The translations under genes were made by a program, and so were the position numbers. Of a stretch of DNA of 64,000 nucleotides, positions 19,262-29,376 are shown piece after piece. Under the pieces are notes generated by a model. That model saw only the letters and a list, made by a program, of their open reading frames with translations, did not search any database and had not been told where the DNA came from. The stretch comes from an uncultured Gammaproteobacteria bacterium (lineage in GTDB: Bacteria > Patescibacteriota > Patescibacteriia > Buchananbacterales > UBA6539). Location of the stretch: the NCBI GenBank assembly GCA_964540635.1, contig CAZINP010000005.1, positions 24,890 through 88,889 on the forward strand, read 5' to 3'. Each line of letters opens with the position of its first letter. Position 1 is the stretch's first letter.

Positions 19262-19669
19262 TCAGCTTGTCGGAATCTGAATTCTTTTGCCACATCCCGG
19301 GCATTGAAAATTCTTTGTGACTGCGTCATCACTTGAGATGTAGCCAAACCAAGCCTCGAGTGCCTGACTTGCCACTTGACCTAAACTGCAACCGCGACGT
19401 TGCGCCTCAGCCGAAAGCCAATTTAGGGTTTCTTGGTTGATTTTTGACAAATCAACCTGAACCAGCAAAGGATTTTCGGGAGCATCTCCCATTTTATCCG
19501 AATTGGGTTCAAGAATTTTTGCCCCCTTTTTTCGAAAAAGAGCCAGCGTTGAATTGATGGCAAAAATTGCCAAATCAATTGGGCTGAGGCCGCAAGCGGC
19601 GGCCGCATTTTTCAGCGCCAAGAATAAATCTGGCGTAACTTTCAAAACCCGATACTTTCTTACTTCCAT
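19262..19669 (-). CDS. Orphan protein with two probable ribbon-helix-helix repeats and a C-terminal CxxC
   Basis: VLKVTPDLFLALKNAAAACGLS and NQETLNWLSAEAQRRGCSLGQVASQAL patterns; own promoter and GGAGG RBS. Confidence 0.55.
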   Translation of the reverse strand: MEVRKYRVLKVTPDLFLALKNAAAACGLSPIDLAIFAINSTLALFRKKGAKILEPNSDKMGDAPENPLLVQVDLSKINQETLNWLSAEAQRRGCSLGQVASQALEAWFGYISSDDAVTKNFQCPGCGKRIQIPTS

Positions 19670-19748
19670 TTGGTCCTCCGTTTCGGTCGGTTTTGTGAAT
19701 ATTTAATCTAAATTAAAACGACAAAAATGTCAAATTATTCAAATAATT

Positions 19749-20117
19749 TTATTTACTTTTTTCGATCATAATACAGGCATTGGCAATACATTCCAAATTA
19801 TTTTCTTGACAATATTTAATGCTATTCTGACTTTCACTGCCGGGCTGAAACCAAACCCTTTTAATGCCTTTGACTATCACCTGCGGTAAAATTGATTCGG
19901 CAATTTCCGGCGGAACAATAAAAACTGCCACATCGATTTTTTCAGCATACTCTTGCAAATTTTTATACACTTTTAGATTGGCAATTTCGCCGCCTTTTGG
20001 GTTAATCGGGACAACTTTATAGCCGGCGCCATATAAATCCATTAAAACCTTATAGCCGTATTTCTCCGGATTATTACTGGCGCCAACAATGGCGTAAGTG
20101 AAATTTTTATCAATCAT
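19749..20117 (-). CDS. CoA-binding protein (YccU family)
   Basis: AIVGASNNPEKYG, PINP and WFQPG motifs. Confidence 0.9.
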   Translation of the reverse strand: MIDKNFTYAIVGASNNPEKYGYKVLMDLYGAGYKVVPINPKGGEIANLKVYKNLQEYAEKIDVAVFIVPPEIAESILPQVIVKGIKRVWFQPGSESQNSIKYCQENNLECIANACIMIEKSK

Positions 20118-20118
20118 A

Positions 20119-20661
20119 TTATTTTACTTTAATTAATGGATAAACCCATCCGGGCTGCCAGCTCCATGGCGCGGTTACTGCCTGCAAAAGAGGCACGCCG
20201 ATGATTAAATTTTCCAAAGCATATTGGGTGGCGCGATGCCCGATAATTAAAACCTGGGTGCCATCATAATTTTTCAATAAATTATTTAAAAAATCTTTCA
20301 TTAAAGCCGTTGTTTGTTCGTAGCTTTGTCCGCCGGGAAACGGCTCAGAAATATGTTTGGGTTTTAATTCATCAACAATATTACTTGGCTTTCTTTCGAA
20401 TTCACCATAATCACATTCTCTTAATCTTTTATCCTTAATAATTTTAATTTGTTTTTTGCCGAAAGCAATCTCGGCGGTCATATATGAACGTTTTAGATCA
20501 GAACAAAAGACGGCGGCAAAATCTTCATCAGCGTTTCTCTCCCCCATTTCTTTTGCCTGTTTTACGCCAAGGTCTGAGAGCTCCACATCATAGTGGCCGG
20601 ACGCCAAATGGTTTTCATTATCAAAAGTAGTTGCGTGAGATTCAAAAAAAATAGTAACCAT
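20119..20661 (-). CDS. Histidine phosphatase family protein
   Basis: ESHAT (RHG variant), SDLKRS, LRECDYG and IIGH motifs. Confidence 0.85.
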   Translation of the reverse strand: MVTIFFESHATTFDNENHLASGHYDVELSDLGVKQAKEMGERNADEDFAAVFCSDLKRSYMTAEIAFGKKQIKIIKDKRLRECDYGEFERKPSNIVDELKPKHISEPFPGGQSYEQTTALMKDFLNNLLKNYDGTQVLIIGHRATQYALENLIIGVPLLQAVTAPWSWQPGWVYPLIKVK

Positions 20662-20741
20662 ATATATAAATTAACTTGACTTTTTATTAAATAATGCTAA
20701 TATTTAACTTCGTTTAAACCGTACAACAGAGGAGATTAGCA

Positions 20742-20957
20742 ATGGAAAACGAAAGGAAATTTTGGGCTGAAATGTTTATCAGCCAAGCGCTGGCGGCTCA
20801 TTTTTCAGCCGCCGAAGTCTTTACCAGATTTGGCCTGGCCTGCTGCACTGATTGCATGGCAGCAAAATCAGAAACTGTTCGCATGGCCTGCGAGGCCTAC
20901 AATATTGACCTTGAAGCACTCTTGTTGGCACTCAACAGCTTGGAAATACCAAGTTAA
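20742..20957 (+). CDS. DUF1858/ScdA-N-like small Cys protein
   Basis: EVFTRFGLACC.DC..AKSETV..AC....ID...LL..LN pattern; own promoter, RBS and terminator. Confidence 0.7.
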   Translation: MENERKFWAEMFISQALAAHFSAAEVFTRFGLACCTDCMAAKSETVRMACEAYNIDLEALLLALNSLEIPS

Positions 20958-21001
20958 AAAAACGCAATCTTTGCTCTTTACACGCCACTTGGCGTGTTTT
21001 T

Positions 21002-21337
21002 TTAAAACATCTTATTACCCAAGGCAACATCTTTATCGGGCGAAATCAAAACCACACCATCGTTATCATCAGCAAGTCCAAGGGTTAAAACCTCGGAAAC
21101 AAAAGGGCCGATTTGTTTTGGAGAAAAATTAACAACACCCAAAACCTCCTTGTGCAAAAGATCTTCTTTGGTGTAATTTTTTGTAATTTGAGCTGAAGAC
21201 TTTTTGACACCGATTTCCGGGCCAAAATCAATCAATAATTTGTACGCCGGCTTTCTTGCTTCCAAAAAATCTTCCACTTTGATAATTCTACCAACCCTAA
21301 TGTCAACCTCCTCAAAATTTTTATACGAGATAACCAC
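21002..21337 (-). CDS. csaA: tRNA-binding/export chaperone CsaA
   Basis: DIRVGRI, ARKPAYKL, SSAQIT and KQIGPFVSEVLTLG motifs. Confidence 0.9.
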   Translation of the reverse strand: MVISYKNFEEVDIRVGRIIKVEDFLEARKPAYKLLIDFGPEIGVKKSSAQITKNYTKEDLLHKEVLGVVNFSPKQIGPFVSEVLTLGLADDNDGVVLISPDKDVALGNKMF

Positions 21338-21341
21338 AATT

Positions 21342-21764
21342 TTATTTTAAAGTTATAAATACCGCACCAATCACAATAAGCAATATTCCAATTATTGTTT
21401 TATAGTTTAAAGCTTCGCCCAAAAAGAAAGCAGCCAAAACCAAAACAAAAACCACGCTTAATCTATCAAGTGCGGCTACACCCGTTGCCGGGCCATTTTT
21501 TAAAGCAACAAAATAAAAAAGCCAAGACAAAGCGCCGGCTAAACCCGAAAAAACAATAAAAGCAAAAGCTTTAGTGTCAATGGTAGAAATCAATTTATGC
21601 TTGCCTAATAAAAAGGCAGTCCCGACCAAAAAGCCGGCCATAATAACCGAACGAACAGCAGTAGCTAAAGTTGCGTCAATATTCTTTACACCAATTTTTC
21701 CAAGAATTGCCACGAGCGCGGCAAAAATTGCCGAAAGTAAGGCAAAAATGATCCAAGTTGACAT
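21342..21764 (-). CDS. EamA/DMT family small transporter
   Basis: Five TMs; KIGVKNIDATLATAVR and SWLFYF.AL motifs. Confidence 0.85.
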   Translation of the reverse strand: MSTWIIFALLSAIFAALVAILGKIGVKNIDATLATAVRSVIMAGFLVGTAFLLGKHKLISTIDTKAFAFIVFSGLAGALSWLFYFVALKNGPATGVAALDRLSVVFVLVLAAFFLGEALNYKTIIGILLIVIGAVFITLK

Positions 21765-21768
21765 AAGA

Positions 21769-22128
21769 TTATTCTCTTATAATAACATGTTTAAAAAATT
21801 TTTCTTGAAAAAAAACTTTTTGCTCAATTTCTTGGTCAGTCAGATTAATACCACCAGGCAAAACCACCAATTTATCGTCATCATCTTCCAGACGATGAAT
21901 TATGGCCAAACACTTGCCTTTGGCCTTATCTAACGGTTTATCATTAATATAGTAAGCGTCCAACTCTTCACCGTCAGGGGCCATAACACCCGGCAAATAT
22001 CCGTAATTGCATTGATAAATTATGTCGTGTTTCGGATGCTTACTGCCCATTTTTCTATCAATAATAATCTCAACCTCTTTGCCCAAAAAACTCTTAGCCA
22101 GTAAAAAAGATTTTGATTCTTGACTCAT
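21769..22128 (-). CDS. Small inorganic pyrophosphatase-like protein
   Basis: NYGY.PG..APDGEELDAY and DDDDKLVV motifs. Confidence 0.8.
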   Translation of the reverse strand: MSQESKSFLLAKSFLGKEVEIIIDRKMGSKHPKHDIIYQCNYGYLPGVMAPDGEELDAYYINDKPLDKAKGKCLAIIHRLEDDDDKLVVLPGGINLTDQEIEQKVFFQEKFFKHVIIRE

Positions 22129-22134
22129 AAAAAA

Positions 22135-22611
22135 TTATAAATCATTAACTTCGGTTAATTCATATTCCAAAATTACATCATCTTGGCCAAAAAGAAATTT
22201 TCCTTTGAATTTCCTATCATCCAAAAACAAAGGCAGCCAATAAACATCATCCGGCCACATTTCTTGAAAAGGAATTTTATCTATATCAAACCATTGAGGC
22301 CTCATTTCTTCGCTCTCGCTTGGTTCGCCTAAAAAATTATGCGCCTTAAAAATATGAACTTGTAAAATTTCTTGGTTACCTTGAAACTCAAAATCAATAA
22401 TTCCAAACTTCTCTAAATTGTTTGCCTTAATCCCGGCTTCTTCTTCAAGTTCTCTGACAGCTGCCAAATCAATGGTTTCGCCAGCTTCAACCTTACCGCC
22501 AAAACCATTCCACCTTCCATTACCAAAGCCGCGCTTTTTAAAGCCCAATAAAATTCTTTGATTTTGATGAATTATGCAGAGAGTTAAATTTCTTTTGAAA
22601 TTATTTTCCAT
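22135..22611 (-). CDS. NUDIX hydrolase, MTH1/8-oxo-dGTPase-like
   Basis: KKRGFG.GRWNGFGGKVE.GE...AAVRELEEE, SEEMRPQWF and MWPDD motifs; start taken at MENNF (22611), overlapping the secA end. Confidence 0.88.
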   Translation of the reverse strand: MENNFKRNLTLCIIHQNQRILLGFKKRGFGNGRWNGFGGKVEAGETIDLAAVRELEEEAGIKANNLEKFGIIDFEFQGNQEILQVHIFKAHNFLGEPSESEEMRPQWFDIDKIPFQEMWPDDVYWLPLFLDDRKFKGKFLFGQDDVILEYELTEVNDL

Positions 22612-25330
22612 GGCACTGCTTAAACTTTTTGCCCGAACCGCATGGACACAAATCATTTCGCCCCACTTTAACGCCGTTATAGTGCGTTTGGGCTTGATCA
22701 ATGGAATCCTGTCCGGCCCTCTCTTTTGCTTGTTTGTCCTGAGGAGTTTGATCGGCAATTTGAGCAATTGAGGATTTTAACCCCGAACCGGCAGACGGTG
22801 CGTTAAAAACTAAATTCTTTGGCTGAGTGGATGGCGTCGGAACAAAATTTGCCGCAAAGCCCGCCTTGAAAATGGCATAAACAATTTGTTTTCTAATCAT
22901 CACCAATAGTTCTTTAAACATGCCAAAACTCTCGCGCTTATATTCAATTAACGGATCACGTTGACCATAACCGCGCAAACCAATGCCGGTTCTTAAATGA
23001 TCAATTGCATCCAAATGTTCAATCCAAAGAGTGTCAATGCTTCTTAAGGCAATTCCTTTTTCAATTTGGCGCATTGCATCATCTTTGCCAACAACTTTTA
23101 CAACCTTCTCTTCCATGTCATTGTAGGTCTCTACGGCCAAACGATAAATATAGCCAATTAATTTTCCACGAGAACTGTTATCCTCAATGTCATTACCCGC
23201 TTCAGAAGCAATTTCATTCAATTTTAAACGCAAGTTTGGATTTACAATAAAAATTGTTGAAATAACCTCGTAAATCTCATTCAAGTCCCAAGTATTTTCA
23301 TCGGCTGACGCAGTATGAAAATTAACCACTTCGGTAATTTCTTCCAAAACCAAATCCAAAACAATTGCCTTCAAATCTTGCATATCAAGAACTTGACGCC
23401 TCTTTTTATAAATTGTTTCTCTGTGTTTGTTTAAAACGTCATCATATTCAACCAAATTTTTTCTGGTGTCAAAATGATAACCTTCCACTTTTTTTTGCGC
23501 CGATTCCAATGATTTGGAAATTAACCTGTTTTCAATCGGCATATCATCCGGCACTTTTAGCGTCTCCATCATTTTCTTTATTCTTTGCCCGCCAAATATT
23601 CTCATCAAATCATCATCAACTGAAACGTAAAATTGGGTAAGCCCCGGATCGCCTTGACGTCCGCCACGACCACGAAGCTGATTATCAATTCTTCTTGATT
23701 CATGTCGTTCAGTGCCAATAATGCATAAACCGCCCAAATCCCTGACTCTAATTTCCTCTTCTTTATTGCCGTCTTCACCGCCGAGCTTAATATCCACACC
23801 GCGGCCGGCCATGTTTGTAGCCACCGTGACAGCGCCCAACTTACCGGCGTTAGCAATAATATGAGCTTCTTTCTCGTGAAATTTTGCATTTAAAATTTGA
23901 ACTTCAATGCCTTCACGGCGTAAAAGTTCGCCAAGTAACTCGTTCTTTTCAATTGAGATTGTACCGATCAAAACCGGTTGGCCCAATTCGTGACGATGCT
24001 TAACTTCCTGAATAACCGCCTTAAATTTACCTTCTTCATTTTTAAAAATTTTGTCCGGCAAATCTTTTCTGGCCATGCCCTTGTTTGTCGGAATTACGGT
24101 TACGTCAAGTTTATAAATTTTAGAAAACTCTTCGGCTTCAGTTGCGGCCGTACCGGTCATACCGGCCAATTTATTGTATAAACGAAATAAATTCTGGAAA
24201 GTAACGGTGGCCAGGGTTCGACTTTCTTTTTGAACAGCAACTCCTTCCTTGGCTTCAATTGCTTGATGCAAGCCCTCGGAATAACGACGGCCATACATCA
24301 TACGGCCCGTAAATTCATCAACAATTATCACTTCCCCATCTTTGACAACATAGTCACGATCGCGCTTAAACAAAGCATGGGCGCGCAAAGCCTGCTCAAT
24401 GTGGTGAACTTCAGAAATGCCGGCATCGGTATAAATATTTCCCAACCCAAGCCACTTTTCAATTTTGTTAATTCCTTCGTCGGTCAAAGTGGCCGCGCGC
24501 ATTTTCTCATCAATGTTATAATCCTCGTCTTCTTTTAACTGAACCACCAATTTGGCGAATTTGTAATATTTATCGGTTGAATCCGCATCAGGCGAAGAAA
24601 TAATCAACGGTGTTCTGGCTTCATCAATTAAAATGCTGTCAACTTCGTCAACAATGGCATAGTTTAATTCACGCTGGACCATCATCTCAATATCACCGAC
24701 CATATTATCGCGCAGATAATCAAAACCGAACTCATTATTGGTACCATAAGTTATATCGGCTCTATAAGCATCTTTTCTGGGAACTTGTTTTAGATGAACC
24801 AATTTTTCGTCTTTGGCGTTTTCATTTGTATAATCCGGATCATAAACAAAAGCACCTTCGTGAATAACAACACCGACACTCACGCCCAGAGCATGATAAA
24901 TCGGGCCCATCCAACCGCAGTCGCGTCTGGACAAATAATCATTAACCGTTACCAAATGGCAACCATTGCCGGTCAATGAATTCAAATATAAGGCTGTTGT
25001 GGCTGAAAGAGTTTTACCTTCACCGGTTTTTTGTTCGGCAATTTGACCTCGATGCAAACAAACACCAGCCATAAGCTGAACGTCATAATGTCTGATGCCA
25101 AGGGTTCTTTTTGCCGCTTCGCGCACAGTGGCAAAAGCCTCGGGTAAAATATCATCCAAACCCTTGCCTTGACTGAGTAAATCTTTAAACTTTTGCGTTT
25201 GAGCCTTAAGTTCGTCATCTGATAATTGGCTAATTTTTTTCTCAAATTCATTAATCTGCTCAACTAACGGGGTTAAGCTTTTTATATATTTTTCATTGGC
25301 ATCGCCGATTATTTTAGAAAAAATTCCCAT
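22601..25330 (-). CDS. secA: Preprotein translocase ATPase SecA
   Basis: KTGEGKT, DEVDSILIDEARTPLIIS, ATNMAGRG and C-terminal CPCGSGKKFKQCH. Confidence 0.98.
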   Translation of the reverse strand: MGIFSKIIGDANEKYIKSLTPLVEQINEFEKKISQLSDDELKAQTQKFKDLLSQGKGLDDILPEAFATVREAAKRTLGIRHYDVQLMAGVCLHRGQIAEQKTGEGKTLSATTALYLNSLTGNGCHLVTVNDYLSRRDCGWMGPIYHALGVSVGVVIHEGAFVYDPDYTNENAKDEKLVHLKQVPRKDAYRADITYGTNNEFGFDYLRDNMVGDIEMMVQRELNYAIVDEVDSILIDEARTPLIISSPDADSTDKYYKFAKLVVQLKEDEDYNIDEKMRAATLTDEGINKIEKWLGLGNIYTDAGISEVHHIEQALRAHALFKRDRDYVVKDGEVIIVDEFTGRMMYGRRYSEGLHQAIEAKEGVAVQKESRTLATVTFQNLFRLYNKLAGMTGTAATEAEEFSKIYKLDVTVIPTNKGMARKDLPDKIFKNEEGKFKAVIQEVKHRHELGQPVLIGTISIEKNELLGELLRREGIEVQILNAKFHEKEAHIIANAGKLGAVTVATNMAGRGVDIKLGGEDGNKEEEIRVRDLGGLCIIGTERHESRRIDNQLRGRGGRQGDPGLTQFYVSVDDDLMRIFGGQRIKKMMETLKVPDDMPIENRLISKSLESAQKKVEGYHFDTRKNLVEYDDVLNKHRETIYKKRRQVLDMQDLKAIVLDLVLEEITEVVNFHTASADENTWDLNEIYEVISTIFIVNPNLRLKLNEIASEAGNDIEDNSSRGKLIGYIYRLAVETYNDMEEKVVKVVGKDDAMRQIEKGIALRSIDTLWIEHLDAIDHLRTGIGLRGYGQRDPLIEYKRESFGMFKELLVMIRKQIVYAIFKAGFAANFVPTPSTQPKNLVFNAPSAGSGLKSSIAQIADQTPQDKQAKERAGQDSIDQAQTHYNGVKVGRNDLCPCGSGKKFKQCHGK

Positions 25331-25452
25331 ATATATTAGTTAAATTTAATTACAATATTTTACAATAATTTATGATAATTGACAAGGGTTAATTTTTATG
25401 GTAATTTTGGGTGTGGCTTATTGGCAGAGGCACAAACTAGAGGAGGTGCAAG

Positions 25453-25833
25453 ATGCCTAAAAAGGTTTTGTACGTTGACGATGACAAAGACCTGGTCAAC
25501 CTGATCAGGTTGTTCATCGAACAAATGGGCCACAGTTTTATTACGGCCCAAAATCCGACCCAGGCCATTGGGATCCTCCACGAAGGTGGGGTTGACCTGG
25601 TCATTACGGACTTTGACCTCAACTGTCGGGTCTTTGGTACGGATCTTTTCTACATGATCCGCGAACTTGGTTATGACATACCGGTCATTCTTGTTTCCGG
25701 CACGCTTAACCTCCGAAAAGACCCGAGAATCGACCCCGAAATTTGGGGTCTGCTCTCCAAATTTCTGGAGAAGCCTTTTACAAAATCTGATTTTCAGGCT
25801 GCAATTGCGGCTGCCTTGAAATCAACGGAGTGA
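25453..25833 (+). CDS. Stand-alone CheY-like receiver protein
   Basis: VLYVDDD, LVITD, ILVSG and LEKPF motifs; AGGAGGTG RBS. Confidence 0.85.
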   Translation: MPKKVLYVDDDKDLVNLIRLFIEQMGHSFITAQNPTQAIGILHEGGVDLVITDFDLNCRVFGTDLFYMIRELGYDIPVILVSGTLNLRKDPRIDPEIWGLLSKFLEKPFTKSDFQAAIAAALKSTE

Positions 25834-25853
25834 CTACGGTCACTCTTTTTTTA

Positions 25854-26819
25854 TTAAAAACCCAAATAACGAATCTCTTCTTGCAACTGTAAACCAAGTT
25901 GATTTCTTACCCTCATTTTAGCATCAGAAATTAACATCATTACATGCTCAGCCTTACAATTGCCAATATTTACAAAAAAAGCACTGTGTTTGGGCGAAAT
26001 CTGACAACCACCAATTATCTTTCCTTTCAAACCTAGCTTGTCAAAAACATAACCAACAGCCAACTTCCCGTGCGATGTTGCCTTATCATATTCTTCGGCA
26101 GTGATATCCAATTCTTTAATTATTCTTTCTCGGTCAACCTCAACCTCGGATAAATCAAAATTTTTAAATACGCACCCGGCGCTTGGTTCAAAAGGTACGC
26201 GATCTTTTCTTCCCTTTAATATCTCAACAATTTTAGATTGAACAATTTTGTTATCCACCTTATCAAGCAAAATATTTGCCGATAAAATAATCCCTCCACT
26301 ATCTTTTAAATTGCTTTGGCGATAAGAAAATCCTAATTCACTCGGAGATAAATCAAACACTTTTTTATCACGATAAATTTTTACCGATTTAACCACTTCG
26401 CCAAAACCTTTGCCATAAGCGCCGGCATTGCCAAAAATCGCTCCGCCAACTGTTCCGGGAATTCCGGCGGCAAACTCAAGGCCAGATAACCCGGCCTTGG
26501 TAGCTTCCCCCACCAACCGACTGATATTAACGCCGCTATCAGCAATAATTTCATTACCGTTAACCGTTATATTCTCGGAAGAATTTTTAATTAATAAACC
26601 ATCAAAACCATTATCTGAAACCAGCATATTGCTGGCCCAGCCAATTATAAAATAAGGCAAACCGAGCTCTTCGGCAACCTTGACTGATTGCAAAAGCTGA
26701 TCGGCAGTTTTGGCATTATAAAAATATTTGGCCGGGCCGCCAAGTTTAAAAGTTGTATATGGACCGATTGGCTCGTTTTCTTTAACGTCTATTAAAACTT
26801 CTTTTAATTTTTCGAACAT
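25854..26819 (-). CDS. murB: UDP-N-acetylenolpyruvoylglucosamine reductase
   Basis: TTFKLGG, GLEFAAGIPGTVGGA..GNAGAYG and SAGCVFKN motifs. Confidence 0.95.
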   Translation of the reverse strand: MFEKLKEVLIDVKENEPIGPYTTFKLGGPAKYFYNAKTADQLLQSVKVAEELGLPYFIIGWASNMLVSDNGFDGLLIKNSSENITVNGNEIIADSGVNISRLVGEATKAGLSGLEFAAGIPGTVGGAIFGNAGAYGKGFGEVVKSVKIYRDKKVFDLSPSELGFSYRQSNLKDSGGIILSANILLDKVDNKIVQSKIVEILKGRKDRVPFEPSAGCVFKNFDLSEVEVDRERIIKELDITAEEYDKATSHGKLAVGYVFDKLGLKGKIIGGCQISPKHSAFFVNIGNCKAEHVMMLISDAKMRVRNQLGLQLQEEIRYLGF

Positions 26820-26824
26820 ATATT

Positions 26825-28219
26825 TTATAAATCTTTAATCAATTCATCGCGTACGCGATAAACATCACCAGCACCCATGGTCACTAAAACATCTTCGCGA
26901 CCAAGCCTGCCTTTCAGAGAATCAATGACTTCATCTATGCTGCCAGCATATTTCGAATTAGGGTGATTTTTCGCGGTTTGCTCAGCCAAATTTTTTGAAG
27001 TAAAGTCAGAAGATTGCTCTCTGGCAGAGGCAAATATATCAACCAAAAAAACCTGGTTAGCATCAATAAAACTTCTCGTAAAATCATTAAGCAGTGCCAC
27101 TGTTCGCGAAACCGTGTGGGGCTGAAAAACACAAATAATATTTTTGCCAGGATAGCGTGATTTTATCGCCTTGAGAGTGGCCATAATTTCCGTGGGATGA
27201 TGGGCATAATCATCAACAAAAGTAATGCCATTCTTTTCTTGAACCTCAAACCGACGTTGGGTGCCTGAAAATTTTGGTAAAATCTCTTTAATTTTCCCTA
27301 AGGCAATACCCTGATTAAGACCGACAATAATAGCAACCAAGGAATTCAAAACATTATGTTCGCCAAAGAGTTTAATGCTGAATTCGCCCAACTCAACTTC
27401 TCCTTGTCTAACTTTAAACAAAGTTTGTTCCGGCTGCGGCCTGATGTCATAAGCCTGATAATCATTATCTATGCTCAGACCATAAGTTAAAGTTTTTTCC
27501 CGACCGTATGAAATTACCTTTTTCACGCTTGGCCAATCACCGCAAGCCACGACCAAATCTTTAGTCTTTTCCACCAGCTCGGTAAAATATTTTTCCATGA
27601 TTTCCAGGTCGCGAAAAACATCAACATGCTCCCACTCCAAGCTTGTAATTACTGAAATTGCTGAATTTAAATCCAAAAATTTTGGCGTCTTGTCAGTCTT
27701 GCTCTTGGCGTATTCGTCACCCTCAACAATGAAATGCTTACCTTCAAACCAGCCGGCATTGGCGCCTAAATCAGGCACTGTGCCGGTACCAACCAAAAAG
27801 CTTGGCTTTAATCCGGCTTGAAAAAACAAAAAAGAAATCAAAGCCGAAGTCGTAGTCTTGCCGTGAACACCGGTAACGGCAATTGTTTTTTTGGTCAAAG
27901 AAAGCAGCCCTCTCATTTCCGAATCGGCAATCATTAATAATCCTCGTTCTCTGGCCCAAGCCACTTCTGGATTCTCTTGTCCCCAAGAAGTGCCGACAAC
28001 TACCAAGTCGGGCTGACAATCCAAATTTTCGCTTTTGAATCCCTCAAAAACGTCTATTCCATTTTCGGCTAAAGTTTTATCAGTTATAAAATGTTCGGAC
28101 ACATCCGAACCAAAAACCTCCTTGCCCATTTGCTTGCAAATAACCGCTAAACCGGACATGGCCACGCCCTTAATGCCGATAAAATATATTCTATTTATTT
28201 TATTAAGATTAACGGGCAT
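26825..28219 (-). CDS. murC: UDP-MurNAc--L-Ala ligase
   Basis: IGIKGVAMSGLA, GVHGKTTTS, EGDEY, DDYAHHPTE and FQPH motifs. Confidence 0.92.
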   Translation of the reverse strand: MPVNLNKINRIYFIGIKGVAMSGLAVICKQMGKEVFGSDVSEHFITDKTLAENGIDVFEGFKSENLDCQPDLVVVGTSWGQENPEVAWARERGLLMIADSEMRGLLSLTKKTIAVTGVHGKTTTSALISFLFFQAGLKPSFLVGTGTVPDLGANAGWFEGKHFIVEGDEYAKSKTDKTPKFLDLNSAISVITSLEWEHVDVFRDLEIMEKYFTELVEKTKDLVVACGDWPSVKKVISYGREKTLTYGLSIDNDYQAYDIRPQPEQTLFKVRQGEVELGEFSIKLFGEHNVLNSLVAIIVGLNQGIALGKIKEILPKFSGTQRRFEVQEKNGITFVDDYAHHPTEIMATLKAIKSRYPGKNIICVFQPHTVSRTVALLNDFTRSFIDANQVFLVDIFASAREQSSDFTSKNLAEQTAKNHPNSKYAGSIDEVIDSLKGRLGREDVLVTMGAGDVYRVRDELIKDL

Positions 28220-28222
28220 AAA

Positions 28223-29281
28223 TTAAGGTTGATATTTTTCATAAATCAGTTTGGCTATTCTCTCGGCCGCATCAGTCTTTAAAACCTTGGGAATATTTCT
28301 CTTGTAATTTTCCAGCAAAGATTCATCTTTTAACATGGCTTTAATTTTTAAAACCAATTTCTCCGGGGTTAACTCCGATTCATTGACCAGGGCCGCGGCG
28401 TTGTTTTTATAGAATTCCAAAGCGTTGGCTTCCTGATGCGATTTTGGCATAGGAATAATTAAAGCCGGTTTTTTCAGTGCCGCCAACTCCGTTAAAAATC
28501 CCATGCCGGCACGAGTAATTACCAAATCAGCCGAAGCCAAAGCATCTTTTAGCTGATGGGTTAAAAAATCAAATTGTTTGTATCGGCCATCCTGAAATTC
28601 TTGATTGACCTTACCGCCCGTTACATGAATTATCTGACAAAATTTAACAAGCTCGGGTGCTGCCAACAAAATCAATTTATTTAAATTTGCCGCACCGGTT
28701 CCACCGCCAACTACCAAGATCGTCTTAATTCCATCTTCCAGATCAAAAAGTTTTTTTGAGGCAACCAAATCGGCGCTAAAAATATCAGCCCTCACCGGAT
28801 TGCCAACCAATCTCGTCTTCTCCAAATCAAAATCATTAAGCGATTTCTCCATGGCAACCGTGATTATATCAGCCTTTTTTGCCATTAATTTGTTGGCCAA
28901 GCCGGCAATCACATCTTGCTGGTGAATTAAAACCTTTGCCTTGCCGGCGTTTGCATAAACCAACGGCACAGAAACAAAGCTGCCGGCACTGATTATCCAG
29001 TCTGGATTAAATTTTTTTAAAATCGACATTGACTCCAAGTAACCCAAAAAAATAAAAAACGGATCAATAAAATTTCTTAAAGAAAAATAACGTCTTAATT
29101 TTCCCGAGTAAATATTTATTATTTTTAGGTCTGGCGAGGCCAATAGTTCGGCAACCGGGTCATTTTTGGGACAAACCCAAAGAAATTGAGCCTGAGGGTC
29201 AATTTTTTTTATTGCCTGATAAATTGAAATCAACGGGGTAACAGAACCGCCGGTTCCACCGCCCGAAAGCAAAATTTTCAT
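28223..29281 (-). CDS. murG: Lipid II GlcNAc transferase
   Basis: SGGGTGGS, GNPVR and HQEANA motifs; dcw context. Confidence 0.93.
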   Translation of the reverse strand: MKILLSGGGTGGSVTPLISIYQAIKKIDPQAQFLWVCPKNDPVAELLASPDLKIINIYSGKLRRYFSLRNFIDPFFIFLGYLESMSILKKFNPDWIISAGSFVSVPLVYANAGKAKVLIHQQDVIAGLANKLMAKKADIITVAMEKSLNDFDLEKTRLVGNPVRADIFSADLVASKKLFDLEDGIKTILVVGGGTGAANLNKLILLAAPELVKFCQIIHVTGGKVNQEFQDGRYKQFDFLTHQLKDALASADLVITRAGMGFLTELAALKKPALIIPMPKSHQEANALEFYKNNAAALVNESELTPEKLVLKIKAMLKDESLLENYKRNIPKVLKTDAAERIAKLIYEKYQP

Positions 29282-29376
29282 ACAAATCAGTCCTTATTTT
29301 AACATAAATCTTTTTAAAAATCAATCAAAAAACCGAATTATTTTCGGCTTCTTGATGATATTAAATTTTATCAATT

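Noticed and set aside
22612-22767. Long N-terminal extensions in the ORF track (NUDIX, receiver 7400, peptidase 51691, paralog C 49231)
   Set aside because: They overlap upstream genes; internal ATGs give normal operon spacing.
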